From a bacterium (GTDB lineage: Bacteria > Fidelibacterota > Fidelibacteria > Fidelibacterales > Fidelibacteraceae): DNA of 64,000 bases. The translations under genes and the position numbers were made by a program. The stretch spans positions 1,056,001-1,120,000 of the forward strand of contig OY781066.1 of assembly GCA_963676395.1 (NCBI GenBank), read 5' to 3'. Each line of letters opens with the position of its first letter. The first letter of the stretch is position 1. The notes beneath the pieces were generated by a model that had not been told where the DNA came from, made no database searches, and saw only the letters and a program-made list of their open reading frames with translations. Shown here one piece after another: positions 30,539-42,515 of the stretch.

Positions 30539-31498
30539 ATGACACAATATGTACGATTACAACATTTCCCTATCTCTTTCTTTGCCATGATCTTAGGGAT
30601 GGCCGGATTTACAATAGCTTTTCAACGTGCTGAAAGTATATTAGAATTACCTTTTTCGATAAGCCCGATTTTACTCATTATAACACTGTTGATTTTTGTT
30701 GTATTTATCTTGCTTTATCTTTACAAAATGATCAAGTTTTTTCCCGAAGTAAAAGAGGAATTCAACAACCCGGTAAAACTTAGTTTTTTCCCAACCACCT
30801 CTATTTCATTATTGCTTTTTAGTATTCTGTTTTTAACAGATCATTCCAATATTTCAAAAATCTTTTGCTTCATAGGCACATTGGCCCATTTCATTTTTAC
30901 CTTGAAGATCATAACAACCTGGATACATCACGACAAATTTAATATCAAGCAAATGAATCCCGCCTGGTTTATACCTGCCGTTGGAAATTTAATCATACCC
31001 ATTGCAGGTGTATCGCACTTTCCTATGGAAATATCATGGTTTTTTTATAGTATAGGAGTTGTTTTTTGGCTGATCCTAATGACCATTTTCTTTAACCGGA
31101 TTATTTTTCATAATCCTTTACCAAACAAGCTTTTGCCTACATTGTTTCTTTTGATCGCTCCACCCGCTATTGGTTTTATATCCTATGTTAAATTAAATGG
31201 GGCCATTGACCCTTTTTCAAAAATATTATATTATTTTGCTCTCTTTATGTTCATTCTTCTTTTGACACAAATAAAGTATTTTACAAAGATAAAATTTTAT
31301 CTTTCATGGTGGGCATATTCATTTCCTATAGCAGCAATCACCATCGCAAGCCTGTTAATGTATCATAAAAGCGATATGCTATTTTTCTATTATATGGCGT
31401 ACTTCTTGTTAAGTATTTTAAGTTTAGCAATTATTGGAATTTTTATAAAAACGATTATATCAGTCTCAAAAAAAGAGGTCTGCATAGCAGAAGAATAA
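30539..31498 (+). CDS. SLAC1/TehA family anion channel
   Basis: FP.S.F...G..G, NPAWFIPAVG, P.LFLLIAPP, SWWAYSFP. Confidence 0.9.
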   Translation: MTQYVRLQHFPISFFAMILGMAGFTIAFQRAESILELPFSISPILLIITLLIFVVFILLYLYKMIKFFPEVKEEFNNPVKLSFFPTTSISLLLFSILFLTDHSNISKIFCFIGTLAHFIFTLKIITTWIHHDKFNIKQMNPAWFIPAVGNLIIPIAGVSHFPMEISWFFYSIGVVFWLILMTIFFNRIIFHNPLPNKLLPTLFLLIAPPAIGFISYVKLNGAIDPFSKILYYFALFMFILLLTQIKYFTKIKFYLSWWAYSFPIAAITIASLLMYHKSDMLFFYYMAYFLLSILSLAIIGIFIKTIISVSKKEVCIAEE

Positions 31499-31504
31499 TT
31501 TACC

Positions 31505-32830
31505 ATGTCTGATAATACACTATTTACGTCTACCACAAATCTGCCACCCTTGGCCGCACGCATGAGACCCCAAGAATTGGACCATTATGCCGGACAAGAA
31601 CATCTGATTTCTGAAGGAAAGTTCATTCAGAATATGATCAATTCAAAATCACTTTTTTCTTTGGTACTCTGGGGGCCTCCCGGGACAGGCAAAACCACAC
31701 TAGCACGTATTATTGCTAAAAATGTTGACGCTGTATTTTATGAGCTTTCAGCGGTTTCTGCATCCGTTAAGGATGTGCGCGAAATTATTCGCAAAGCGGT
31801 ATCGCATCAACACATGGGTAAAAAGACTTTATTATTTATTGACGAGATACATCGTTTTAATAAAAGTCAGCAAGATGCCCTGCTCCATGCCGTGGAGAAT
31901 GGTGAGATCGTAATGATTGGCGCCACAACCGAAAACCCTTCATTTGAAGTGATATCTCCCCTGCTTTCCAGATGTCGTATATTAAAACTTCAGGCACTGG
32001 AAGCAAAGGATCTTGAAGTCTTGATCGATCGTGCTATAAAAGAAGATATTGTCTTATCAAAATACAAGATCATATTACCTGATGATGTGCGAATGTTCCT
32101 GATCATGTCCTCTGGTGGTGATGCCCGTAAAATGTACAACACGCTGGATATTACCGTTCAGCTTGTTCGCGGAAAAGATATGGGTTCCATGACATTGAAC
32201 ATAACAAAAGAAGATATTCAATCGGCCTTACAAGAACGCGCTTTGCTTTATGATAAAGATGGAGACTATCATTATGACACCATTTCAGCCTTTATTAAAT
32301 CTGTAAGAGGCTCCGACCCGGATGCTGCTGTTTACTGGATGACCGTTATGTTAGAAGGTGGTGAAGATCCACTTTTTATTGCACGACGTTTAATCATTCT
32401 TGCAAGTGAAGATATCGGGAATGCCGACCCGCAAGGGCTTGTGATCGCCAATGCCGGTTTCCAAGCTGTAAAAGCTATCGGCTTGCCGGAAGGCGCTATT
32501 GTGCTTTCGCAGGTAGCTACCTTTCTGGCATCTTCTCCAAAAAGTAATGCCTCCTATATGGCACTTCGCCGGGCGAAATCTTCTATCAGAGATACGGGCT
32601 TCCAATCAGTTCCTCTACATTTACGGAACGCACCCACTGACGCCATGAAACAATTTCAATACGGCTTGGGATATCAATATCCTCACGATAATGATGATGG
32701 TTTTTCAGATCAGGATTATATGCCGAAACAAAGACCCGATGTAAATCTCTACGAGCCAAAACAACTCGGTTACGAAAAATTTATTTATGAGCGACTCATA
32801 AAGTGTTGGCCAAAACGCTTCAAGGGATAA
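31505..32830 (+). CDS. rarA: Replication-associated recombination protein A
   Basis: PLAARMRP, GPPGTGKTT, FIDEIHRFNKSQQD, SA.IKS.RGSD. Confidence 0.96.
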   Translation: MSDNTLFTSTTNLPPLAARMRPQELDHYAGQEHLISEGKFIQNMINSKSLFSLVLWGPPGTGKTTLARIIAKNVDAVFYELSAVSASVKDVREIIRKAVSHQHMGKKTLLFIDEIHRFNKSQQDALLHAVENGEIVMIGATTENPSFEVISPLLSRCRILKLQALEAKDLEVLIDRAIKEDIVLSKYKIILPDDVRMFLIMSSGGDARKMYNTLDITVQLVRGKDMGSMTLNITKEDIQSALQERALLYDKDGDYHYDTISAFIKSVRGSDPDAAVYWMTVMLEGGEDPLFIARRLIILASEDIGNADPQGLVIANAGFQAVKAIGLPEGAIVLSQVATFLASSPKSNASYMALRRAKSSIRDTGFQSVPLHLRNAPTDAMKQFQYGLGYQYPHDNDDGFSDQDYMPKQRPDVNLYEPKQLGYEKFIYERLIKCWPKRFKG

Positions 32831-32831
32831 T

Positions 32832-34085
32832 ATGTCAATTCTCATCAAGAATACTTTAGTAAATAACAATCAATGCGATGTGCTAATAGAAAACAATTAT
32901 TTTTCTAAAATTGGAAGTAACATCCAAACTCAAGCAGATACGGTTATTGACGGGAGCAGATTTGCCGTTCTTCCGGCTTTTTATAATATGCATACGCACT
33001 CTGCCATGACGCTATTACGAGGCTATGCGGACGATCTCGGGCTATATACGTGGTTAAACGACCATATTTGGCCTCTTGAAAGTAAACTTAAAGAAGAAGA
33101 TGTTTATCATGGTACGCGATTAGCCATACTTGAAATGGTCAAAAGCGGGACAGTCTTTTTTAATGACATGTACTTTTTCCCTCATGGCACGGCAAAAGCC
33201 GCAGATGAGATGGGAATACGTGCTGATATTGCACCTGTATTGATTGATGGATGTGACAGCAAGAAATGTGATGACATGATAAATTATACCAAGGAAACTA
33301 TCTCGCACTCAAAGGACTATTCATCTCGAGTTCGATTTACGGTTTCACCTCATGCCATTTATACTGTCTCGGCTGAGACTCTTAAAGCTTCTGCAGATCT
33401 ATCTCGCAAAGAAAACCTCCCATTTCAAATACATGTTTCCGAAACTCAGAATGAATACAAAGAATGTATGAAAGAGCATGACAAATCTCCGGTGCAATAT
33501 TTGGATTCTTTAGGTGTACTATCAGATAACGTAACTGCTGTTCACTGTATATATCTTGATGATAAGGATCGCGAGATCCTAAAAAACAGAGGCGTCAATA
33601 TCGCACATTGTCCGGCATCGAACATGAAACTTTCTTCAGGAAATTTAAACTACGCAGCTATTCGTAAAGCCGGTGTAAAGATCACGCTCGCAACAGATGG
33701 AGCAAGCTCAAACAACAACCTCTCCATGCTGGATGAAATGAAACTCGCTGCGCTACGCTCGAAGTGTCATAACGAAGATCCCACAGTCGCTTCGGCTCAA
33801 GAAATATTTAAAATGGCAACCAAAGATGGCGCAAAGGCAGCCGGATTACATGCCGGGGAAATTCAAGAAGGATATCTAGCCGATTGTATGCTTGTAAATT
33901 TGAACCACGTGTCATTAACTCCATCAGATAATCTAATATCCGATATGGTTTATTCGGCCTCTCCCGAATGCATTGATACCGTTATATGTGACGGACGTAT
34001 CCTAATGCAAAACAGAAAAGTCAAAAATGAAGAGAAAATTATTCAAGCAGCCAATGCTTGCTATCGGGATCTACTTAAAAGATAA
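32832..34085 (+). CDS. Amidohydrolase, MtaD/SAH deaminase family
   Basis: N.HTH, PHAIYT, HVSET, HCP.SNMKL, TDGASSNN. Confidence 0.85.
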   Translation: MSILIKNTLVNNNQCDVLIENNYFSKIGSNIQTQADTVIDGSRFAVLPAFYNMHTHSAMTLLRGYADDLGLYTWLNDHIWPLESKLKEEDVYHGTRLAILEMVKSGTVFFNDMYFFPHGTAKAADEMGIRADIAPVLIDGCDSKKCDDMINYTKETISHSKDYSSRVRFTVSPHAIYTVSAETLKASADLSRKENLPFQIHVSETQNEYKECMKEHDKSPVQYLDSLGVLSDNVTAVHCIYLDDKDREILKNRGVNIAHCPASNMKLSSGNLNYAAIRKAGVKITLATDGASSNNNLSMLDEMKLAALRSKCHNEDPTVASAQEIFKMATKDGAKAAGLHAGEIQEGYLADCMLVNLNHVSLTPSDNLISDMVYSASPECIDTVICDGRILMQNRKVKNEEKIIQAANACYRDLLKR

Positions 34086-34108
34086 TCTATCAAACGTATA
34101 TATCTTGT

Positions 34109-34139
34109 ACCCCCGCTTTGATCGGGGGTTTATTTTTTA
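34109..34139 (+). terminator. Intrinsic terminator
   Basis: ACCCCCG/CGGGGGT stem followed by T-rich tail. Confidence 0.7.
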
Positions 34140-34148
34140 TTCGATTTT

Positions 34149-34164
34149 TGTGACTTACGTCACA
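34149..34164. promoter_or_regulatory. CRP/FNR-family box TGTGA-N6-TCACA
   Basis: TGTGActtacgTCACA in the intergenic region upstream of the lamin-tail protein. Confidence 0.62.
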
Positions 34165-34332
34165 CTATTTGGGCAGGTGTTTTTATTTATATGAAATATG
34201 ATCTATATTCTTTTGGGAAAGAATTCATTGAGGTTTAATAGTAAAATATCCGACTCATAGAATACCTCTACGAAGTCAAACTGAAACACAATATAAAAGG
34301 ACTGTATGGCAGTCCAATAAAAGGGACGAAAC

Positions 34333-36684
34333 ATGGGACGAAATAAATTTTTCTCTTCGGGGAAATGGCTATTTTTAATATTAATATACTCTTCATCATT
34401 TTCTCAGATCATACTCAACGAAATGATGATCGATCCAAGCAATGAAAATACCGGTGAATTTATTGAGTTATACAACACCTCTGATTCCATCATCGATCTG
34501 AGCAATTTTTATATTTGTGATGAGCAAGACACCGATAAACTTATCCCGTTTCCCGATTCAATACTCCCTCCACATCAATATGCCATTATACTGGATCCGA
34601 ATTATGAAGGCGAATATTTACATATACTACCTGACACATCGTATTTACTTTGTATTGATGATTCGAGATTCGGAAAATACGGTATATCAAATTCAACTGA
34701 AAAAACCTTTTCACTGCTGGATAATAACAAACAGATTTTGGATAAATATCGCAGCGGAACTCCCGAGTGGCCAAAAACAAATTATACTATCGAACGCTAC
34801 TATCCATATCAAGATATTTGGAGAAGTTCAATATTAAAGTTTGGCAGCCCCTGTAGAAAAAATACTATATCTCCACAGGACAAAAGCATCAATATTACTA
34901 ATGTTTCCTCTAAACTTTTGGATGATTCTTTAGAGATCAATTTCACTATATTAAATAACGGAACCAGCTTAATTGACCATATTGTCTACAGCATATCTTT
35001 AATATTCGACAACCTCTCTACCGAAATCAATCAAACACTTACCGATTCAGTAGAAATTGAAATTACTCCTTTTGATTCCATTACCATCACCCGGCATTTT
35101 CCAATTTTTTGTAAAGGAAAGTGCACGACTCAGGCTATAGCTTGCTACGATGAATGTATCGATACATTTACTTCCTTTGCTCACATTCCTCTTGCAGAAA
35201 ACGATATGATCATAAATGAATTTGTATGTAAACCAAGAAATAACTTTTCTTGTGAGTATATTGAACTTATATCTAAGTGCTCCTTACCTATTCAACTTTA
35301 TGGGCTCAAATTTTTCGATCTTACCGACTTCGTTGTACTTGACACCAATTACATTCTTATGCCGGACTCCCTAGTTGTGATTGCCCAATCCATGTCCTTT
35401 TACGATGACTTCCCATTTGTTACAAATACACTCTACCCCAGCGCATGGCGTAGTTTAAACAATAGCGAAGATCTCATACATATCACAAATAATGATATAT
35501 CTTCCATTTGTTATTTGCAATATGATAACAATTGGGATCTTGCCGATGACTGCGCCATGCTGCTTGTTGACACAACATTAGATTATCGAAACCCAAGACA
35601 TTGGGAAGTCTCACAAGATGGTAGTCCGGGCAAGCCAAACATCAGCGAACAACAACTGACTCAACTTTCTTGTTATTCCTCCCGAAATTATTATACGATT
35701 AAAGACACATTCGCGATCTTTATTATCAATAATGGTTTTCTCAACACAGATGCGCTTTCGTTCCGGGTTAATGAGGAATTTTTAACACTACCACCTTTAG
35801 CCCCCGGAGATAGTTTTTTATGTTATCCGGATACTTCTCGATATACAACTGAAGGTTATAACTATATTGATATCGAATGTGAACCATATTTTTTACATCA
35901 TATTAAATATTATAGACCCTACTCTGCACCTCCTTGTTTTTTAAATGAGATCATGTTTGATCCTTTGGACACATATTCACAAGCGGAGTTCATTGAACTC
36001 GAAAGCATACACTCTTCATTAGACCTAAGTCATTGGAAAATACGCATAAACAAACGTACTGTAGAACTTAGTGACTCATTGCATTCAGCTTTTTCCGTAT
36101 TCTGCTCCGATAATAACACCTTAGGCTGGAGTTCAAATACCTACGAATACTCCACCTTCCCTTCTTTGCCAAACTCGGGAGCGGAAATATATCTACTTGA
36201 TCCGATGGATCGTATAATAGACTTTTGTGATTTTCGCGATCATAAAAAAATAATAAAAGGTAGAAGTTTGGAAAAACAATTTACCGGTATATCTTCTTCG
36301 GATACCGAATTATGGCACGCATCAGTCGCGGAATCCGGAATGAGTCCAGGTTACAGAAACAGTATAAGTGCGCACCCTTCCGGGCGAAACTCACTTGGCG
36401 TTTATCCTAAAATCTATTCACCCGATAATGATGGAAACATTCAATTCAGTGTTGATTCTGAATCAGGTCTAGAGTATTGTGAACTTTCGTGTTTTAACTT
36501 GGCGGGAAAACTTATAGTCAAAAAAACACAAAATTGTTTTATGCAATCCTCGGCAATGATATTTTGGGACGGAAAACTATCTGACAAATCTTATCTCCAA
36601 CGTGGAGTTTATCTAATCTCTTGCAAACTTTTCACGCTAGAGGGAAAAATTCTAAGATTAAAGGATTCTTTTGTTGTAAAATAA
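34333..36684 (+). CDS. Secreted multi-lamin-tail-domain protein with C-terminal sorting-like domain
   Basis: Three (I/L)NE...E(F/Y)IEL repeats, SPG..N motifs, YSPDNDG and WDG...GVY C terminus. Confidence 0.75.
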   Translation: MGRNKFFSSGKWLFLILIYSSSFSQIILNEMMIDPSNENTGEFIELYNTSDSIIDLSNFYICDEQDTDKLIPFPDSILPPHQYAIILDPNYEGEYLHILPDTSYLLCIDDSRFGKYGISNSTEKTFSLLDNNKQILDKYRSGTPEWPKTNYTIERYYPYQDIWRSSILKFGSPCRKNTISPQDKSINITNVSSKLLDDSLEINFTILNNGTSLIDHIVYSISLIFDNLSTEINQTLTDSVEIEITPFDSITITRHFPIFCKGKCTTQAIACYDECIDTFTSFAHIPLAENDMIINEFVCKPRNNFSCEYIELISKCSLPIQLYGLKFFDLTDFVVLDTNYILMPDSLVVIAQSMSFYDDFPFVTNTLYPSAWRSLNNSEDLIHITNNDISSICYLQYDNNWDLADDCAMLLVDTTLDYRNPRHWEVSQDGSPGKPNISEQQLTQLSCYSSRNYYTIKDTFAIFIINNGFLNTDALSFRVNEEFLTLPPLAPGDSFLCYPDTSRYTTEGYNYIDIECEPYFLHHIKYYRPYSAPPCFLNEIMFDPLDTYSQAEFIELESIHSSLDLSHWKIRINKRTVELSDSLHSAFSVFCSDNNTLGWSSNTYEYSTFPSLPNSGAEIYLLDPMDRIIDFCDFRDHKKIIKGRSLEKQFTGISSSDTELWHASVAESGMSPGYRNSISAHPSGRNSLGVYPKIYSPDNDGNIQFSVDSESGLEYCELSCFNLAGKLIVKKTQNCFMQSSAMIFWDGKLSDKSYLQRGVYLISCKLFTLEGKILRLKDSFVVK

Positions 36685-36745
36685 CATAAATGTTTGAATA
36701 GCATTTATTGACGCGTAAATTTATACCATCACTAAAGGAGAATAT

Positions 36746-37288
36746 ATGAAAAAATTACTAAGCACCTTACTTTGTCTTGTCTTTGTTTCGTGTGGTGTAA
36801 ATAGCCTTGAGTTCAGCAAATTTTCTAAATCAATGGATGTTATCAACTCTATTGATCTTAAAAAGTATCTCGGAACATGGTATGAATACGCCAGACTTGA
36901 TGTTTCCTTTGAACGCGGAATGATCAACACGCAGGCAAAATACGCTCTGTTAGAACCGGATAAAGAAGGACGCACTTGGATCAAAGTCACAAACTCAGGA
37001 GAAAAAAATGGAAAAGCAAAAAAAGCTGAAGGCAAAGCTGTTATTGCAGATCCCAATCAACCTGCACGCTTAATGGTTTCTTTCTTTGGTCCTTTTTATG
37101 GTGATTATAACATTATTGCCTTAGATACGGAGCACTACAGGTGGGCTTTAGTCGCCGGCGGTTCAAAAGATTACCTGTGGATACTTACACGTGAGAAAGA
37201 CCTAGACCCGAAGATCTTATATTCTCTCAAAACCCGTGCCCAAATGTATGGTTTTGATACAGACAAATTGATCTATCCTCAGGAATAA
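36746..37288 (+). CDS. Lipocalin lipoprotein (Blc-like)
   Basis: YLGTWYEYAR, FERG, VSFFGPFYGDY, YLWILTR; lipobox FVSC. Confidence 0.92.
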   Translation: MKKLLSTLLCLVFVSCGVNSLEFSKFSKSMDVINSIDLKKYLGTWYEYARLDVSFERGMINTQAKYALLEPDKEGRTWIKVTNSGEKNGKAKKAEGKAVIADPNQPARLMVSFFGPFYGDYNIIALDTEHYRWALVAGGSKDYLWILTREKDLDPKILYSLKTRAQMYGFDTDKLIYPQE

Positions 37289-37574
37289 AATATAATTTCA
37301 TATTTTAGCGATCGTAATAAACCGTTTATATTTTTGATACGGTTCTTTATTTTCCTACGTCTTTGCAACTTTCATAAACATTATTTGTAATCAAATCATG
37401 AATTTACAGATAACGAAAGTAGCATTAATAAGCATATATTGTTCGTGGATCAAAACTCGGAGTGCATTAAAAAGAGATCTTGAAATAATTAACAAAAACC
37501 GAATAGCTATTCATCTCAGAACTTCACTCGAAACATGGATTCGCAAATTCCAGGATAAAAATATTCCGTAAAGT

Positions 37575-37601
37575 AAAAAGGGTTGGACACGTCCAACCCT
37601 T
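37575..37601 (-). terminator. Intrinsic terminator after secA
   Basis: AAGGGTTGGAC/GTCCAACCCTT stem, T-run on minus strand. Confidence 0.7.
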
Positions 37602-37628
37602 ATGTTTTCAATCAGTTTCTAGTATGAT

Positions 37629-40600
37629 TTATACAGCTCCGTGACAATGTTTGTATTTCTTGCCACTGCCGCATGGGCATGGATCATTTCGACCCACTTT
37701 GGGCATATCGCGCTTAACCGGCTCGGCTTTACCTGCTTTGGGCGCTTGAGGTTGAGAGGGTGTATTCACTCCACCTTGTTTTGCACCTTCGGCAAAAGCC
37801 ATATTCTGACTTTGCGCTTGAGATACGCGCACTTGTTGTGGCGACGGAGATTCATCTTGAAGTTTAATATCAGTTCTAAACAATAACCTCAAAGCTGTTT
37901 TATTGATCTGTGCCAACAAATTTTGAAATGATTCAAATGCCTGAGCTTTATAAATCAATAAAGGATCTTTCTGTCCATAAGCCTGAAGACCAACACCTTC
38001 TTTGATCTGATCAAGTTCATAAAGATGTTCTTTCCATAAGCCATCAATGCTGTTTAAATAAGCCCAACGTTCAAAATCACGCATAACCTCCGAAGGGTAA
38101 AGCATTTTTTTTCTATCATAAGTTTCTTTGGCTTGTTGTGTAAAATACTCTACAATTTCTTCACGTTTCATATTTTGATGATCACTGGGAATGTCGCACA
38201 TAAGCGTTGTCAACATTTCCTGACGCAATGCATCCCACATCCAATTGGCCGGATTTGAATCTGCGGTATGATCTTCAACTTCCGAAGAAATAAACTCTTC
38301 CAACATCATGTTGATCTCACTCTGTAGATTACCACCTTCAAGAGCATAGGAACGACGATCATAAACAACTTCTCGTTGTTTGTTCATCACATCATCATAT
38401 TCAAGAAGATGTTTACGTATGCCAAAGTTTCGTTCTTCAACACGCTTTTGTGCTCGTTCGATCATACGAGTCATCATAGGCATAGAAATAACTTCATCAT
38501 CGGGAATGGCATCGAGCAGGGCGTTCCCACGAAGGTTTCCGAAAAGGCGCATGAGGTCATCTTCGAGCGAAATGAAAAAGACAGATTCGCCGGGGTCACC
38601 TTGTCGCCCCGCTCGACCGCGTAACTGATTATCAATACGACGTGATTCATGTCGTTCAGTTCCGATGATCTTAAGTCCACCCAATTCACGAACTTCATCA
38701 TTTATCTTAATATCCGTACCACGACCGGCCATATTTGTGGCAATGGTAACGGCACCGGGTTGTCCCGCAAGCGAAACAACATCAGCTTCCCGTTGGTGCT
38801 GTTTAGCATTCAACACATTATGTGGAATACCTGCCCGCTTTAATTGTTTTGCGATCATCTCAGACATTTCAACCGAGATAGTACCGACAAGCACAGGTTG
38901 GCGACGTTTAAAGCAAGCAGCGATCTCATTTATAATCGCATTGTGTTTTGCCTGCCGACTTTTATAAATCAAGTCATCCTGATCATTTCTAATAACCGGT
39001 TTATTGGTTGGAATTGAAACAACTTCCAGGTCATAAATTTCTTCAAACTCGTTTGCTTCGGTCGAGGCCGTACCTGTCATACCCGCCAACTTATCATACA
39101 TACGGAAGTAGTTCTGAAGCGTGATCGTAGCCAAAGTTTGGTTTTCACCTTCGATACGTACACGTTCTTTAGCCTCAATAGCTTGATGTAATCCGTCGCT
39201 ATAACGACGTCCGGGTAAAATACGACCGGTGAATTCGTCAACGATCAAAACCTTGCCGTCTTTTACTACATATTCAACATCTTTTTCATATAAAGCATAA
39301 GCTCTTAACAGCTGAGTGATATTGTGGATCATTTCTGATTTTTGACCATGTTTCTTTTGCAATTCAGCTTTTGCTTTAGCTTTATCCTCTGCACTTGCAG
39401 TTTCATCGCTATCGATCTTTACAAACTCTTCACCAATATCGGGAATAACAAAATACTCAGGATCTTCTGGGTTCATCACATGACGACCATCATCAGAAAT
39501 GACGATCGTATGAGATTTTTCATCAATAGCATATAAAAGCGAATCATCAATCTCATGCAGGCGTTTTTCCTGCATAAAAAAGTTTTCAGTTTTATATAGT
39601 TTATCCTGTACTTCCGCCGACTGCATCATTTTCAGGAATCGGGGGTTTTTAGGTTCTCCGTGTTGAACCTGTAATAACATTGTCCCAAGTTCCAGTTCAT
39701 GATCTCTGTCATCGGGAAGACGCTGGATCTCATCTAATAATGTATTGATCTTTTTCTTTTGGGCGCGCACAAGTTTTTCAACCTGTGGTCTCAATTTTTT
39801 ATAACGTTCATTAGAATTTGATTGAACCGGACCGGAAATGATCAGAGGTGTTCTCGCCTCATCAACAAGCACGGAATCGACCTCATCAACAATAGCATAA
39901 TAATGTCCACGCTGAACCATGTTCTCATGTCTGATCGCCATATTGTCCCGAAGATAATCAAAACCAAATTCATTGTTCGTACCATAAACAATATCACAGG
40001 CATATTGCTCTTTACGAGCATTAGGCGGCATTGAATTCAATATTTTCCCAACACTCAAGCCAAGAAAACGATAGATCGCGCCCATCCACTCAGCATCACG
40101 TTCAGCCAAATAATCGTTCACGGTCACAACATGCACACCGCGTTTTGTCAGGGCATTCAAAAAGATCGGCATGGTCGCAACCAAGGTCTTACCTTCACCC
40201 GTTTTCATTTCGGCAATATTACCGTTATGAAGAACCTCTGCACCCATAAGCTGAACATCAAAGGGAATCATGTTCCACTCGAGCTCATTTCCGAGCACAT
40301 TGAATTTCTTTCCGACAAGTCTTTTTGCCGTTTCTTTAACTATTGCAAAAGCTTCAATCTTCAGCTTATCCAGAGCAGTCTGTTCAGCTTCATAGATCAT
40401 TTTATCTTTTGCTTCATTATCTAGTTTATTTTCTTCAGCTTTATTTTTTGCTTCTTCACGTTGATCATGTATATAAACGATCATCTCTTGTGTTCTGGCT
40501 CGAAGATCATCATCACTTAAATCATGCATTGTATCATATTTTGCATTTATCTCTTCAGGAAGGCCCGTGATCTTTTTTAAATAGCGGTCGGAAGAAGTGC

Positions 40601-40634
40601 CGAATAATTTTACCAAAAGTTTTTCAAAAGCCAT
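37629..40634 (-). CDS. secA: Preprotein translocase subunit SecA
   Basis: [25 protein letters not shown]-terminal [18 protein letters not shown]. Confidence 0.98.
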   Translation of the reverse strand: MAFEKLLVKLFGTSSDRYLKKITGLPEEINAKYDTMHDLSDDDLRARTQEMIVYIHDQREEAKNKAEENKLDNEAKDKMIYEAEQTALDKLKIEAFAIVKETAKRLVGKKFNVLGNELEWNMIPFDVQLMGAEVLHNGNIAEMKTGEGKTLVATMPIFLNALTKRGVHVVTVNDYLAERDAEWMGAIYRFLGLSVGKILNSMPPNARKEQYACDIVYGTNNEFGFDYLRDNMAIRHENMVQRGHYYAIVDEVDSVLVDEARTPLIISGPVQSNSNERYKKLRPQVEKLVRAQKKKINTLLDEIQRLPDDRDHELELGTMLLQVQHGEPKNPRFLKMMQSAEVQDKLYKTENFFMQEKRLHEIDDSLLYAIDEKSHTIVISDDGRHVMNPEDPEYFVIPDIGEEFVKIDSDETASAEDKAKAKAELQKKHGQKSEMIHNITQLLRAYALYEKDVEYVVKDGKVLIVDEFTGRILPGRRYSDGLHQAIEAKERVRIEGENQTLATITLQNYFRMYDKLAGMTGTASTEANEFEEIYDLEVVSIPTNKPVIRNDQDDLIYKSRQAKHNAIINEIAACFKRRQPVLVGTISVEMSEMIAKQLKRAGIPHNVLNAKQHQREADVVSLAGQPGAVTIATNMAGRGTDIKINDEVRELGGLKIIGTERHESRRIDNQLRGRAGRQGDPGESVFFISLEDDLMRLFGNLRGNALLDAIPDDEVISMPMMTRMIERAQKRVEERNFGIRKHLLEYDDVMNKQREVVYDRRSYALEGGNLQSEINMMLEEFISSEVEDHTADSNPANWMWDALRQEMLTTLMCDIPSDHQNMKREEIVEYFTQQAKETYDRKKMLYPSEVMRDFERWAYLNSIDGLWKEHLYELDQIKEGVGLQAYGQKDPLLIYKAQAFESFQNLLAQINKTALRLLFRTDIKLQDESPSPQQVRVSQAQSQNMAFAEGAKQGGVNTPSQPQAPKAGKAEPVKRDMPKVGRNDPCPCGSGKKYKHCHGAV

Positions 40635-40640
40635 AATATA

Positions 40641-41096
40641 TTAACCTTCTTTAACTGGTGATATCTCAGGGATAAGAATATTTTCTTCTACAAGATCCTT
40701 ATAGATCCGGTCCAGCATACCATTAACAAAAACATGAGACTCTTCTGTAGAAAATTCTTTTGCCAATTCGATTGCTTCGGAAATGGTAACTCTGGGAGGT
40801 ACATCTTCAATGAACATCATTTCAGCAATTGATTGACGAAGTATGATCTTATCCATTAAAGTTATGCGAGAAAAAGCCCAGTTTTTTGAACGTTTTTTAA
40901 TTCGTTCATCGAGCTCATCAATATGATTGATCGTTTTGTGGATCAATGCTCTAAAGAACTCTTCATCAAACTCAGGATCTTCATTCATTTGAAGTGTGCG
41001 TTCAATGACATCATTTAAGCTTTCATTTTCCTGCTGTAAATATGCATACAAATGTTGAATGCACAGCATGCGGGCGTTGCGGCGTAATTTTTTCAT
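40641..41096 (-). CDS. nusB: Transcription antitermination factor NusB
   Basis: RR.AR, W...RI..MD..ILR, EAIELAK.FS, FVNG.LD. Confidence 0.95.
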   Translation of the reverse strand: MKKLRRNARMLCIQHLYAYLQQENESLNDVIERTLQMNEDPEFDEEFFRALIHKTINHIDELDERIKKRSKNWAFSRITLMDKIILRQSIAEMMFIEDVPPRVTISEAIELAKEFSTEESHVFVNGMLDRIYKDLVEENILIPEISPVKEG

Positions 41097-41461
41097 ATAT
41101 GGGGTGTCCTTTGACTAGTCTTAAAGGGGGGAAAACACATTTTCAATGACGTTCTCATAGCGCACTAATATACAATACTTTATATGCGATTTACAAGAAA
41201 GAATCTAAGTATTAAAATTGAAATTAAGCTTAATATCAAAATCTATCTAAAGGGAACATGCATTTAGTATTTTATGTTTTTCAGCTATGTTAATTGATAA
41301 TTTTAGCTCAACAACCTTAAGCCGCAACAAGAGAAAACAAGCGAAATATTACTTTTATAAGTTTTATTGAGGCTTATAGATAATTGAATTAAAGCATTTT
41401 TTTTTCGGGTTTTTTCATTATCTTATTTGGCGTGGGAAGTAATGACCACAAAAGGATAAAT

Positions 41462-42340
41462 GTGAAAAGACCCATAAAAATATTGTTATCGCTTCTTGGC
41501 TTCACTTGCCTGTTTGCCGGTGAATTCTTTGAAGATTTTTCTTACAGAAATACCCTTGATCCCAAACTTAATGAACGCGGCTGGACGATTGTTTCGGGAC
41601 TAAGCGCTCCTCCCCAAAATGCAAAATATATAGCTAAATATATTTCGTTTACCAAAGACCCTAATGATGATGCAAACACCATCTTGGAGATAAAGGCCAG
41701 CTGCCGAAACACTAAAGACAGTATGCGTCACTCTCGCATTGAATCCGGTATCCGCTTTTTAGAGGGCACCTATGCAACTCGCATCCATTTCAACAACGAA
41801 ATGAAAAAAACAAAAGACGGTAACATTCAAGCTTTCTATACTATTTCGTCACCATTAACCGAAGAACGCCCTGAATACTCTGAATGTGATTTTGAATACC
41901 TTCCCTACGATATTTGGAATGATATGGGTAAAACCCGACCCGCCATCTATGCCAGTACCTGGGAGAATTACATAAGCGATCATGCCACTGAAGACCTTGC
42001 ACAATATATAAAAAAACAAAAACTTAAAGGCTGGCATCTGGTCATCATTCAAATCATGAATGGCGAAGTTTCTTATTATTTAGATAATAGTCAAAAACCT
42101 ATCGCCATACATAAGATATCCGATAAAGGTTCTGACGTATACCCGGAATCACTTATGAGGATCGCCTTCTCAAATTGGATATCAAAAGTAAACTTAAAAC
42201 AAAACAAACGACGTACCTCTACAATAAAGGTTGATTGGGTCTATCACATTGAAAATAAGGCCTTATCCTTAAATGAGGTTTATAAACGAGTCAGACTTCT
42301 TCAAAAGGACGACATAAGATATTTAGATACAATGGAATAG
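41462..42340 (+). CDS. GH16-like (ConA fold) exported glycoside hydrolase
   Basis: SECDFEY (ExDxE) catalytic motif, VDWV C-terminal strand; GTG 41462 has AAGGA RBS and signal peptide. Confidence 0.7.
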   Translation: MKRPIKILLSLLGFTCLFAGEFFEDFSYRNTLDPKLNERGWTIVSGLSAPPQNAKYIAKYISFTKDPNDDANTILEIKASCRNTKDSMRHSRIESGIRFLEGTYATRIHFNNEMKKTKDGNIQAFYTISSPLTEERPEYSECDFEYLPYDIWNDMGKTRPAIYASTWENYISDHATEDLAQYIKKQKLKGWHLVIIQIMNGEVSYYLDNSQKPIAIHKISDKGSDVYPESLMRIAFSNWISKVNLKQNKRRTSTIKVDWVYHIENKALSLNEVYKRVRLLQKDDIRYLDTME

Positions 42341-42371
42341 CAGACAATTGAACAAATAATTTCATTATAGC

Positions 42372-42401
42372 AAAAGCCTTGGATTATAATCCAAGGCTTT
42401 T
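42372..42401. terminator. Bidirectional terminator between convergent genes
   Basis: Perfect palindrome AAAAGCCTTGGATTATAATCCAAGGCTTTT. Confidence 0.75.
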
Positions 42402-42515
42402 TTATATGGTTTATCAGCCGACGAAACATGAAAAGATGTCATCTGATAGAAAAATCATTTCTTTCAATCATCCAACAGATCTTTGCTCGATTCTCGTAAT
42501 TAAACATGACTAAGA

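Noticed and set aside
34190..34332. Possible riboswitch or leader peptide before the lamin-tail gene
   Set aside because: Only a small GGACTG/CAGTCC hairpin and a 15-codon ORF; no recognisable riboswitch consensus
36721..37056. Antisense and nested short ORFs (here and within secA, degP, cysS, xdh genes)
   Set aside because: Shadows of well-supported genes with no motifs or RBS
37290..37570. Degenerate repeat or ncRNA between the lipocalin gene and secA (similarly 42420-42510)
   Set aside because: Only fragmentary AGATCT/GTCAT matches without convincing paired ends
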